A stretch of DNA of 64,000 bases from contig OZ024753.1 of assembly GCA_964016885.1 (NCBI GenBank), forward strand, positions 4,898,001-4,962,000, read 5' to 3'. This document shows positions 54,066 to 64,000 of the stretch, in pieces. Both the position numbers and the translations under genes were made by a program. The notes beneath the pieces are model-generated. The model made no database searches. It was given only the letters and a program-made list of their open reading frames with translations, and had not been told where the DNA came from. This DNA is from Eledone cirrhosa. Taxonomy: Eukaryota. How positions within the stretch are numbered: position 1 is the stretch's first letter; the number at the start of each line of letters is the position of its first letter.

Positions 54066-55314
54066 ATGTTTTTTGGCAAAGGAGTTGTTGATCAGTTTGT
54101 CTACCTGGGAAGCACTGTCAATCGATACAGCAACCTTGACAGTGAAATCTCACTTAGGATTAGGAAAGCAAGTGATGCTTTCGGAAAGCTAGAAAGGCGA
54201 CTCTGGGGTCGGCGAGACATATGCAGGAGGACAAAGGTAAAGGTGTACAAGGCATGTGTGTTCTCTTGTCTTCTTTCTGCCTGCGAGACCTGGATCACAG
54301 ACACCACCTTAAACAATTGGAGCGTTTCCATCAAATGTGTCTCAGACGGATCCATGGCGTTCACTGGAGGGACCACATCAGTGATGTCGAGATTTTGGAA
54401 AGCTCTATGTGTGACAGTATAGAAGCTCTTGTGCTTAAGCAACGACTCCGTTGGAGTGGTCACCTTGCCAGGATGAAGGATTCTAGAATACCAAAACAAC
54501 TCTTTTATGGAGAGTTAGTTAAAGGAAAACAACCGCCACATAAACCAAAAAAGAGGTATAAGGATTCCTTGAAAGCCTCTTTGAAAGACGCTAACATCTC
54601 TGCTGATACATGGGAAAATATTGCTGCTGATCGTAATACATGGAGAAAGACTGTATATGAGGGAAAAGTTGCCTTTGAGGCATCTCGAATCGCATACGAG
54701 AAAGTAAAGCGGAATGTGAGGAAGGGCATTGCTGTTGCACTTCCAGGCGGCGAGGGTCCTCCTATGGTGCTGACATGCAGCGTCTGTGCGAGACTCTGCC
54801 TAAGCAAAGCTGGACTCGAAAGTCATCTTCGCAGTCATAAAATAAGACCAGTGGTTGACTACCAGGCTACTGTTGGAGATGCTACTCATCATGCTTGCCA
54901 AGCATGTGGTAGAGAATGTAAATCAGCCGGAGGGCTCAAGCGACATGCAAAAGTACATAAACTCCAACCACAGCCAGCTATTACCAGTGAATGTTTTGGT
55001 TGCCGACTGTGTGCAAGACATTTTAGATCATTGGCTGGGCTAAAAAGCCACATTCGATCGCAGCGCTGTTAGTTGCTATCGTATGTGTGTATAGATATGT
55101 TTATGTGTGTGTATATATATATGTATATTATTATTGTTGTTGTTGTCGTTATTATTATTGTTGTTATTATTACTATTATTATTATTATTGTTATTAATAT
55201 ATATGTATGTATATGTATATATGTATGTATGTGTGTGTATATATATATATTTTTTTTTTTTATCTCGTGCAATGGCCATACTCGATAACGAGGGGGCAGT
55301 CATCATGTATGTAT
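54066..55314 (+). mobile_element. 5'-truncated RTE (BovB-like) LINE with (TATG)n tail
   Basis: VDQFVYLGS, RIRKASDAFGKL, TKVKVYKA, CETW, LERFHQMCLRRI, RLRWSGHLARM..SRIPKQLFYGEL. The 3' UTR ends GGCCATACTCGATAACGAGGGGGCAGTCATC(ATGT)n and is interrupted by a microsatellite. Confidence 0.9.
54081..55072 (+). pseudogene. RTE ORF C-terminus (RT thumb + three C2H2 zinc fingers), one frameshift near 54295
   Basis: CSVC-x12-HLRSH, CQAC-x12-HAKVH, CRLC-x12-HIRSQRC. Confidence 0.88.
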
Positions 55315-55832
55315 GTAAGGTTTCTTGGTGAGGATGGTGAATTTGGACATCCTGCAGGACTAAAAACAAAACCTGTCAAAGCTCTTAAGAGTCAATGGCC
55401 ATCCAAAATCACCGGGAGAAATGACCCCTTAGCCTTTGTAAAGGCAGAATTCTAGGAGAAGGAAAACTCTGATATAACACATGCAACCCTGATGGTATCC
55501 AATGATGTTGACTTGTTCTTCTTTTTGGTAAATATCATCTTGGTTAAGAGAGTGGGACTGGCTTTGTGCAGTGCCTTTGCTCACTATAAAAGCTTCACGG
55601 CACAGGCATTGCTTTATATCATATCTGGAGATCTTTCTGCACTTGTCGTCACATGGTACCACTATGTGTCAATAATTGTCACAAGTGTAGTGTTTGTACC
55701 AGAGTTTTCAAGTCGCTGGCTGGACTAAAAAGTCACACTCGTTCAGCGCATCGGTAGGGGTTCTCCTACATGGATATAAAGTAGTGGCCGTACTCGAAAA
55801 CGAGTTCGCAGCCACCATGTATGTATGTATGT
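55315..55832 (+). mobile_element. Short bipartite RTE-derived non-autonomous element (5' UTR + last zinc finger + 3' UTR)
   Basis: RTE-like 5' UTR motif GGAGAAGGAAAACTCTGA, HKCSVCTRVFKSLAGLKSHTRSAHR* at 55680-55757, and 3' end GGCCGTACTCGAAAACGAG...(ATGT)n matching the upstream RTE. Confidence 0.75.
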
Positions 55833-56646
55833 TCTTCTGGTTTTATAATTTCACAAATCTTTTTCCCAATAAAGAGAGAGTCGGTTCCTAACATAGACAC
55901 AAGACTCTATCATTGGAATTTACACAACATCAACTAGGTAGATTATGTATGCATGCCTGCATGTGTAGATATGGATGTTATTGTATGTGTGGATGTGGAT
56001 TTGTTGAGTTGTATGTGTGCATGTGTACATGTTTATATGCAGTTATTAGATGCAAACTTTTTGGAATGTTTTACATATTTTTACTGTTCCATTAATGGAT
56101 TGTACTTGTAATTTCCTAACTAGTTGTGTTCTTTCTGTTCCTGTGAAGCCTAGCTTCTCAAGATTTGTATTGAGGCAGTTACTAACATATCCCAGTGCCC
56201 CAATAATCACAGGCCTAAATCTGAAGGTGTAATCAGGATGGAGTATCTGCAGATTTCTCATCAGTTCTGCATAAATATTCTCCTTTTCGTTAATCTTTGA
56301 TATTATATTGGCATCTGCTGGGCAGCTAATTTCCACTACTGTGCATGCTTTCTTCTCTCTGTCCCATATCATAATATCTGGTCTGTTATGCCTGCATTTT
56401 ATTGGGGTTTTTACTGGAACATTCCACCAGTACTCTTTCATATTACGTATATGGATGTTTTCCACATTGCTGTAGCTTTTAATGTGTTTATTATCGGGGC
56501 TATCTTTTTTACGAACTGCATTGTAAAATGTTTTGGCCACTACATCATGCCTCGTAGGTAGATAGTACCGCGATGACATCTTTGGACAGCTGCTGATGAC
56601 ATGGGTGATATCCTCGATGTTAGTTCTGCAGAGTCTACACTTGTTA
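55833..56646 (-). mobile_element. R4/Dong-type 3' fragment (CCHC + restriction-like endonuclease + 3' UTR)
   Basis: CRLC..NIEDITHVISSC, RHDVV, HNRPDIMIWD, VVEISCP, KENIYAEL, PVIIGALG. 5' end truncated at (TATG)n. The extent of the 3' UTR is inferred. Confidence 0.88.
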
Positions 56647-56970
56647 TGTATGTATGTATGTATGGTCCTGTAACTCCTGATAGAGTCGTAGGCGCGCCGT
56701 ATTGACATACTGCGTTTCTTTGTCTATGTGTGTGTGTGCAGTGTCCCGTCTTTATCAGTTTTGCTCAATGACTGAAAGAATTTAAAAAATAATCAATTAA
56801 TCAGAGCTATACAACAATTATAAATATGAAGAGAAAATAGACAAAATATACCTAACTTTTTCTTCATATATATATATATGTATATATATATATCTGTATA
56901 TATATATATATATATATAGGAACGAAAAATAGCGTGCTGCGTTGTTGCGAATGTGATACATATGAATTTT

Positions 56971-57048
56971 AAAAATAGAGCAAGAAACCAGAACTATCGG
57001 TCATCAGTGATGATGACCAGAAGATCACTGGTTTCTTGCTCTATTTTT
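56971..57048. repeat. 78-bp hairpin/palindrome in a TA-rich context
   Basis: AAAAATAGAGCAAGAAACCAG / CTGGTTTCTTGCTCTATTTTT with inner GGTCATCA / TGATGACC. Confidence 0.85.
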
Positions 57049-57662
57049 TTATTTATATATATATATATTTATTTATAGGTCTAATTCAGGTTTAATTGGG
57101 TGTAATCTACAACGTATGTCATATAATTGACAGTCAGTGAATGAACCATTGGAGGTTTCACTTAACACAATTTTGAGCCACATATAACTTTCAGAAAAAT
57201 TATTGCTATTGAGATCACATTGTAACCAAATAGGGAAATGAAAATGTAGTCTCCATGAAAATGTAGTCTCTATGTTTACATGATTCTCGTTTTATTAAAT
57301 CTATGATCTCGTTGATCACTGAATTGTTTTCTCTCTCGCACATGCTTTTCTTTATTTCAGCTATTCTTTATTTCTATTGATTTTGTATTTACTTTAATGC
57401 ATTATTACTATTGTCATTATTATTGTTATTGTTGTTGTTGTTGTTGTTGTTTTTGTTGTTGTTCATTCAAAGATTATTTCTGTATTATGCTGAATAGATT
57501 TGTTAATTACAAGCATGAAAATGCATTGTTATAACGTTGCTAATTTCTACACAAGAGAGTCTTATATAAGCACAGGATATGAAAGCATGAGCTGTGGCTG
57601 AATTTAGTTACAGTCTGCAAGTCAATTTTGATCTCAGTTGAAATCCATTTATTTTACTTTAA

Positions 57663-58030
57663 ATTAACTTTTTCAAGTTCCATTTGGAAAGAAATGTGGG
57701 AGTGGAGAGGGAAATTTTGCTAAAAGGAAGGTGGATCTAGCGATGATGGCCCGGGTGAATAGGCCTACTCTGACTATATGTCTGTAGACTGAAGAGTTTA
57801 GAAAGAAGGGCACCTTCCGATGGTGCTCTTGCGGATTAGGGCTGTTTAGGATATGTGGGGTTCTTAAGAAACCCCTGGGTGGTACTCCTCCTATTGGGGA
57901 ATATTATTATTATTAATTCATTGTTAATTGTTTCTTGTTCTCTTTTTTACTCGTTTTATGTAAATCCCCACCGTCCCTGTTTTTATATTGTCCTTTATGT
58001 TTCGGCCCTTGTGGCCAATAAAGAAATAAT
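57663..58030 (+). mobile_element. 3' fragment of a related Tx1-type element
   Basis: INFFKFHLERNVGVEREIL and MARVNRP match IHFFKYHFRRKVRVEREVL and MARVNGP. The 3' end CCCTTGTGGCCAATAAAGAAA matches the 23-kb element. Confidence 0.8.
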
Positions 58031-58049
58031 GATTATAATTACTAGGATA

Positions 58050-58455
58050 GTATGAGTTCAAATCCCGCCGAGGTTAACTTTGCTTTTCATGTTTACGTGG
58101 TTGATAAAATAAAGTACCAGTAATGCAATGGTGTCAATTTAATCGACTTTCCCCTCATCCCCCTCCAATTTCTGGCCTTGTGCCTATAGTAGAAATCAAT
58201 ATTATTATTATTACTAAGGCGGTAATGGTGGTAGACTGGCAATATCGGTAGAGCCTCGGACAATATGCTTTGCAGCATATAGTTTACGACCCTTTACGTT
58301 CTAAGTTCAAATCCCACCGAGGTTAACTTTGCTTTTAATCTTTACGTGGTCGATAAAATAAGGTACCCGTAATGCACTGAGGTCGAATTAATCGACTTTC
58401 CCCCTCTATTTCAAATTGCTGTTTTTATGCCAAAAGTAGGAACAATTATTATTAA
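58050..58455 (+). mobile_element. Two tandem family A SINEs (58050-58212, 58217-58455)
   Basis: Two consecutive cores; the second starts directly after the (ATT)n tail of the first. Confidence 0.85.
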
Positions 58456-59569
58456 GTAATAATTGCACTTTTCTTCTTTTTTTTTTTTTTTTTAGGCTGA
58501 GTGGTAAACAAAAGATCTCATTGAAACAATGTTTAACAATAACAATATAATCCAATTCAATTCTCATTACATGATCTTAATTCCCTAAACTTTTTCTATT
58601 TTTATACATATAACATTCGATAAATGAAATATTCGTAACAATATATATATTTCCAAATGCCCGATTGCGCTTCACTGCTTGTTATGGCGTGTTAGTATTG
58701 AATTCATTTATTCTTTTCTAATTTTATCTTTTTTATTTTTGAATTTATTTTTGTTTATCATTTTATTTTTCGCTGTTTTCCTTCGTTAAATTTTATTTTC
58801 AGGTTTTATATTTTCATCCCTGGCGAACTGATTAAATTGCATGTAAGTTTCAATCATTTCTAAAGCTAAAACAAAATCAATCATATATCTCTCGTGCGAT
58901 GTATGTATTCATTTCATTGATTATTAAAATGCACACCCATTAGTTAATTATGAGCCAATCCTAAGTCAACCAAACAAGGCAAATATTTATTCATTAGTTC
59001 GCTAGAAATTCTTAATTGATCTCACTTAAATGCATTAGTAAAGTGATTTTCTTTGCTATAAAGGAAGAAATCTGTTGAATTAAAGGAATGCAACAAAATA
59101 TCTATTATTTTTATCTCTTTCTTTTCCTTCGAATTTCATTTTAAATCATTAAAAAGACAAATTATCGAAATTAAAATAAACATAGGTAACACAATCAAAG
59201 AATAACGAGAAAAAAGAAATTGAACGTGACAGTTAAAACAAAGAAAAAATATTGCGTAACTCACATACAAGTTATGTGTGTGGGGATCCGTGTCCAAATG
59301 TGTATCCGGGAGTGTGTGTCATTTAATTTTACCTTCATTTATTGTATATCATTTCATATTGTATTTAAATTGTTGTTGTCTTTTATGTTTTTGAGGCAAT
59401 TAAAGAAGTCATTATTTTTATCATCATCATCATCATTTTCATCATCATTATCATTATCATCATCATCATTATCATTATAATCATTATCATCATCATCAGT
59501 ATCATCATCTCTATTATTATCATCTTCATTATTGAAATATTATTATCTTTGCTATTGTTGCTGGTGCAA

Positions 59570-59922
59570 GCGTTAAATCGTCAGAAGAAATTGCCTTCTG
59601 ATGATTTAGTTACGACTGTGTACGTTCCGAGTTCAAATCCTACCGAGGTCAAACTTACCTTTCATCCTTTTGGGGGTCGATAAAATAAGGTATCAGTAAC
59701 GAACTGAGATCAATTTAATCGACTTTCCCTTCCCCAAAAAGTGTTGGCCTTGTACCTATATAAAAAACCATTATTATTGGCCCTTGCCATTCTGAGTTCA
59801 AATCCCGCCGAGGTTAACTTTGCCTTTCATCCTTACGGGGTTGATGAAATAAAGTACCAGTAATGCACTGGATAATTGCTGGCCTTGTGCCAAAAGTAGA
59901 AACAATTATTATTATTATTATT
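59570..59922 (+). mobile_element. Two tandem family A SINEs (59570-59778, 59779-59922)
   Basis: Two consecutive cores, each ending in an (ATT)n tail. Confidence 0.85.
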
Positions 59923-62900
59923 GTTCTTTGAGTCTCAATCATTGATGTTAGTTAACTGGAAAGTTTGTTGAAATGAATATCAAGCCACTACCTGCAGCCT
60001 CAGATATTCAGGACGTATCGGAGGGTTCTTGCTGTTCCCAGCAAGCATGCCTTTTGAAGCGTTCCAAAAAGCGTGGCGGGGCCAATTTTCTTTAACCATC
60101 CCTGGAAACTTTTTGAGATAGTACCTAGTGCGCCTATGACAATCGGGACCACTTTGACTTCATGGCAGTTCCAAATCCTTTTTACCTCCCACTTTAAGTC
60201 CTGGTATCGGTTAATTTTCTCCCTCTCCTTCTCTTGCACTCTCGTGTCGAATGGGCAGGCCACATCCACAATCAGGCACGATCTTTTTTCTTTGTCCCAA
60301 ACCACGAGGTCAGGTCTATTGTGTTCCAGTTTCTTGTCCGTCTGTATCCTAAAATCACACAGCACCTTCACCTGATCGTTTTCTATCACCGACTCTGGCT
60401 TATGCTCATACCACTTCTCAGAATGTGGTAAATTGTTTACTTTGCATAAGTGCCAGTGGATCACCCTGCCCATCACATCATGTCTCCAGCCCTTATAGTG
60501 AGTCTGGGCTAGGTGTTTACACTCGGATACAATGTGAGCCACAGTCTCCTCTCTCTCTCTCCACAGATCCTGCACAGTGGGCTAACCTCCTTCTTGTAAA
60601 TATGGTGTTTCAACCACTTCGTTTTGAGAGCCTGCTCTTGCGCAGCCATTAACATTCCTTCTGTAGCCTTTTTAAGGTCTCCTCTTTTCAACCAGTTCCA
60701 TGTCTGTGGATCTCTGAATTCAGTTTTCTCAAAGAAGGTACTATGAAGGGATTTTTCATGAAGGCTGCTCTTTCTCCTTGTTGTTATTTCCTCCTTGGAC
60801 ATACCCTGGTCTATTGTCCTCTCCTTCAGTACAGTTCTGAGCATTGGTTCCTTACTATCAGTCACGTATTTGTGTAGGTTGTTTTTCTCCATCTGAACAC
60901 AGTCCTCTATGCTGATAAGACTTATTCCACCTTCAGATCTCCTTAAGTAGAGTCTATCGACATCACTCCTCTTGTGGAACATGTTGTAGATAGTCAATAG
61001 CTTCCTAGTCTTCCTATCCATTTCTTTTTGTTCAGCAATATTCCATCTCAGAATTCCCACACTGTACCTAATAATAGACACAGCTCGGGAATTTACTGCA
61101 CTTATGGCATTCCTACTGTTCAGATGTGACTTTAATACGCTCCTTACTCTCCGAATGTATTCAGATCTTATCAATTCCTTCATTTTTTTGTTCTTGATGT
61201 CATCAGCCTCCAGAACACCCAAGTACTTGTATCCTTCTTCAGTGTCAATTTCCTTTATCATCTCACCTGTTGGTACCTGGATTCCGTTGCTTCTGCTCAA
61301 TTTACCCCTCTTCATCACAAGGACTCCACACTTACTATTACCAAATTGGATACATATATCATTGCTGAAAATACGGACAGTGTCAACAAGCACATCCAAC
61401 TCCTTCTCACTCTTTCCGAAGAGCTTAAGATCGTCCATGAAGAGGAGGTGATTGATGGTAAGCTCTCCCTTTCCCAACTTGTATCCTGCTCTCACTTTTC
61501 GCAGTATAATGGTCAGGGGCATCAGGGCAAGGACAAACAACAGAGGGGACAGACTGTCTCCCTGGAAGATACCTCTCTTAATCTTCACGCCTCCCAAGGA
61601 TTCTCCAGCTGATGTTAACTCTGTTTTCCAGGACTTCATACTTTTGCTCAACAACTGTCTGATGTTGTCTGCCACCTTGAAGATCTCTAGGCTTTTGGTG
61701 ATCCAAGAATGAGGCACCATGTCAAATGCCTTTTTGTAGTCTATCCATCCCATGGCAAGACCAGTGTGTCTCCTCTTGCAATTCCTCATTACCATCTTAT
61801 CAATAAGTAACTGGTTCTTTGTACCACGGGACTTCTTTCGGCATCCTTTCTGTTCGTCCGGTAACAAGTTGTTTGTGTGGAGGTGATGGTAGATTTCCTC
61901 AGACATAATGCTTGTCAACAGTTTCCACATTACGGACAGACATGTGATAGGTCTATAGTTGGTAACATCATTACCCTTGATTCGGTCTTTCATTACCAGA
62001 ACTGTGGTACCTTTTGTCAACCACTCTGGTACCTCACCTGACATCAAACAGTCATTGAACATGGTTGTCAGTTTCGGGTGGAGGGATGTTATATTTTTAA
62101 TCCAATACCCCTGCACACCATCTGGGCCTGGTGATTTCCAGTTGGTTAGTTTTTTGGCCTGCCCCTTAAGAGTTTCAACTGTGATACTCAAATCAGTTTG
62201 TTGGTGTGCCTATTCACTAATCTCCTTTTGTACTGTCTCAATCAACACTGCCTGGTCATTATGTTTAACACCCTGCTCCCATATTCCTCTCCAGAATGTC
62301 TTAGTTTGTTTCGCCTCAGGGATCAAGTCGTTGCCTCTTTCTTTCCCTTCAAGCTGTCCAAACAGTATCTTCTGGTTGTTGTCAAACATGCGGTTCTGTC
62401 TATACTGACTGACTCTGCTCTCGTATCGCCTAATTTTTGCACTCTTTGCTACAATGCGTTGCTTCAGTTCCTCTATGATAATATTTAGCTTTTTCCTCGT
62501 AGTTTTGTACTTTATTTCCAGTCTATTTTTAGTGTCTATGTTTTTTAGTGTCCCATTCAGTAGGGACTCAAGCTTTCCAATGTCATTTCTCATTTCCCTG
62601 ATTTTACCATTCAGTCGTTTCTTCCACCAAGGCTCTGATCTTTCTTGTTTGTTGTTTCCTCTCGCTTTTATACCAAGTAATTTCCTCACCGCATTTGCTG
62701 TTGCTTTGAGGATATTGTTGCACTGGTGAAGGCTCCTCGCCTCAAGGTATGGGATGACTTTGTTTACCTTAGCTGTTGTTTCTTTTAACTTTTTCCTGTC
62801 TACAAATCTTAGGTTCATAGATTTCCCACTATCATTGTTCAATTCATCTACCACTAAGTTTAGGATATCAACCAAATCTTGTCCTAGCCCGTCAGCATTC

Positions 62901-63500
62901 ATCTCCTGAATGGCCGTATCTTTGTTCCAGGTATTATTTATTTCAACATTCAGATCATTGTCTACTTCGGATGGTTCCTCCGTTCTCTCAACCTCTTCAC
63001 CTTCATTTCCCACTGGCTCGTTTGCCTGGCATACTCCACTCTCCATTTCCAACCTAATCTCTCTGCTCAGTTCCTCCAGTTCCAGCTCGCTTATCCACCC
63101 ATTAGTTCTTATTACCCGAGCCTGCCCGGCCAATTTTTGTTCATCTAATTTAAATAGACCAATCTCGTTCCAGATGTTATGTATCCGTTTCCTATAGCCT
63201 TTCTCCTTGGGGTTACTCTTCAGGTAACATTGCATAACAGTTCTATTCAATTCTTTCGTCCAGTTGGTTCTGGTCCCTTTCCTTCTTCTTCTTCCTCCGA
63301 TACCAGCAGTATTTGGTTGACAGCCAGGTCCCTGCTGCTGAGCCAGGGAGCACCTGCTGGGTGAGAGTCTGTCACATGACATTCCAGTCTCCACTTCACC
63401 GTTATTCGAACTGTTTAGGTTCGACATTTAAACACTCTTATCGAGGATTGGTGAATGTATGGTTTCATCACTCCCGGTGATTTTTGTGTGGCACTATCAC
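59923..63500 (-). mobile_element. Near full-length R4/Dong-clade non-LTR retrotransposon (RT + RLE)
   Basis: Single-ORF layout and a short 3' UTR ending CAAAGAAC(AAT)n. The 5' boundary is uncertain. Confidence 0.9.
60000..63427 (-). pseudogene. R4/Dong ORF with two frameshifts (~62200 and ~60550)
   Basis: N-terminal WTKELNRTVMQCY...GYRKR; RT KSPGPDG, YRPITC, DYKKAFD, GIFQGDSLSP, LFMDDL, YKYLG; CRIC..ETVAHIVSEC; RLE HNRPDL...IVDVACP...KINRYQDL. Confidence 0.93.
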
Positions 63501-63807
63501 GCTGTAGACGAACATAAATAAACAAACAAACAAATAGGTAAAAAAAATAAAATTAAAAAAAAAAAAAAGAATAAGCATAAGTTTCATTGTAATGTAATGT
63601 TTGAATGTCTGACTTAGTTTTTCCCTTCCCTTCTCTGTCTGTCTGTTTGTTTTTCTTTTCATTTTTCTTTTCTTTACGTTTTTCGTTGTTGCTGTGCTGC
63701 TTTGATCTTGATTTTTGTTTTTTTGATTTTTTGACCGGGTCATCAAATCAGTATATTTATATCTTTTGATGCCTTCCTCTTTTAGTGGGGACACTACGAT
63801 GCATGTC

Positions 63808-64000
63808 TTAGCAGGAGGTAGTGGGAGAGAATAGCGGCGGTAGTGATAATGAGGCAGTGGTGGTGGTGGTGCTGTGCTAGTAGTACTTAGCAGGAGGTAG
63901 TGGGAGAGAATAGCGGCGGTAGCGATAATGAGGCAGTGATGGTGGTGATGTGATCGTAGTACTGTAGTGATGGTGTTGAAGTTGAAGTAGAAATAGAAGT
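63808..64000 (-). repeat. Dispersed repeat with an internal ~79-bp tandem duplication; inverted copy of 17612-17748
   Basis: CTTAGCAGGAGGTAGTGGGAGAGAATAGCGGCGGTAG occurs twice and matches the 17.6-kb copy. Confidence 0.85.

Noticed and set aside
63468-63794. 108-aa Lys-rich ORF upstream of the R4 element as a possible ORF1
   Set aside because: Low-complexity A-rich sequence running through poly-T; R4-clade elements have a single ORF

Overview
AT-rich, microsatellite-dense eukaryotic DNA, intergenic or intronic. The SINE types and repeat landscape suggest a coleoid cephalopod such as Octopus (inference). I cannot support any host protein-coding gene, and most ORF-track entries are translations of (TA)n/(TG)n/(GATA)n tracts. 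The real coding content is retrotransposon-derived: a 5'-truncated, disabled Tx1-type (L1 clade) LINE at 23.1-27.5 kb flanked on both sides by (GATA)n; a near full-length R4/Dong-type RT+RLE element at 59.9-63.5 kb ending in (TAA)n; further R4 fragments; RTE fragments, one carrying three C-terminal C2H2 zinc fingers and followed by a short bipartite derivative; and a Penelope GIY-YIG remnant. Dozens of tRNA-derived SINEs (Meta-domain-like and CORE-like) and several MITEs are interspersed. The most unusual signal is a set of short, often palindromic, Penelope-like non-coding elements in (TA)n tracts that carry complete, mutated or half minimal hammerhead ribozyme motifs. Each retroelement class also appears to sit in a different microsatellite motif. 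Repeat boundaries are approximate.
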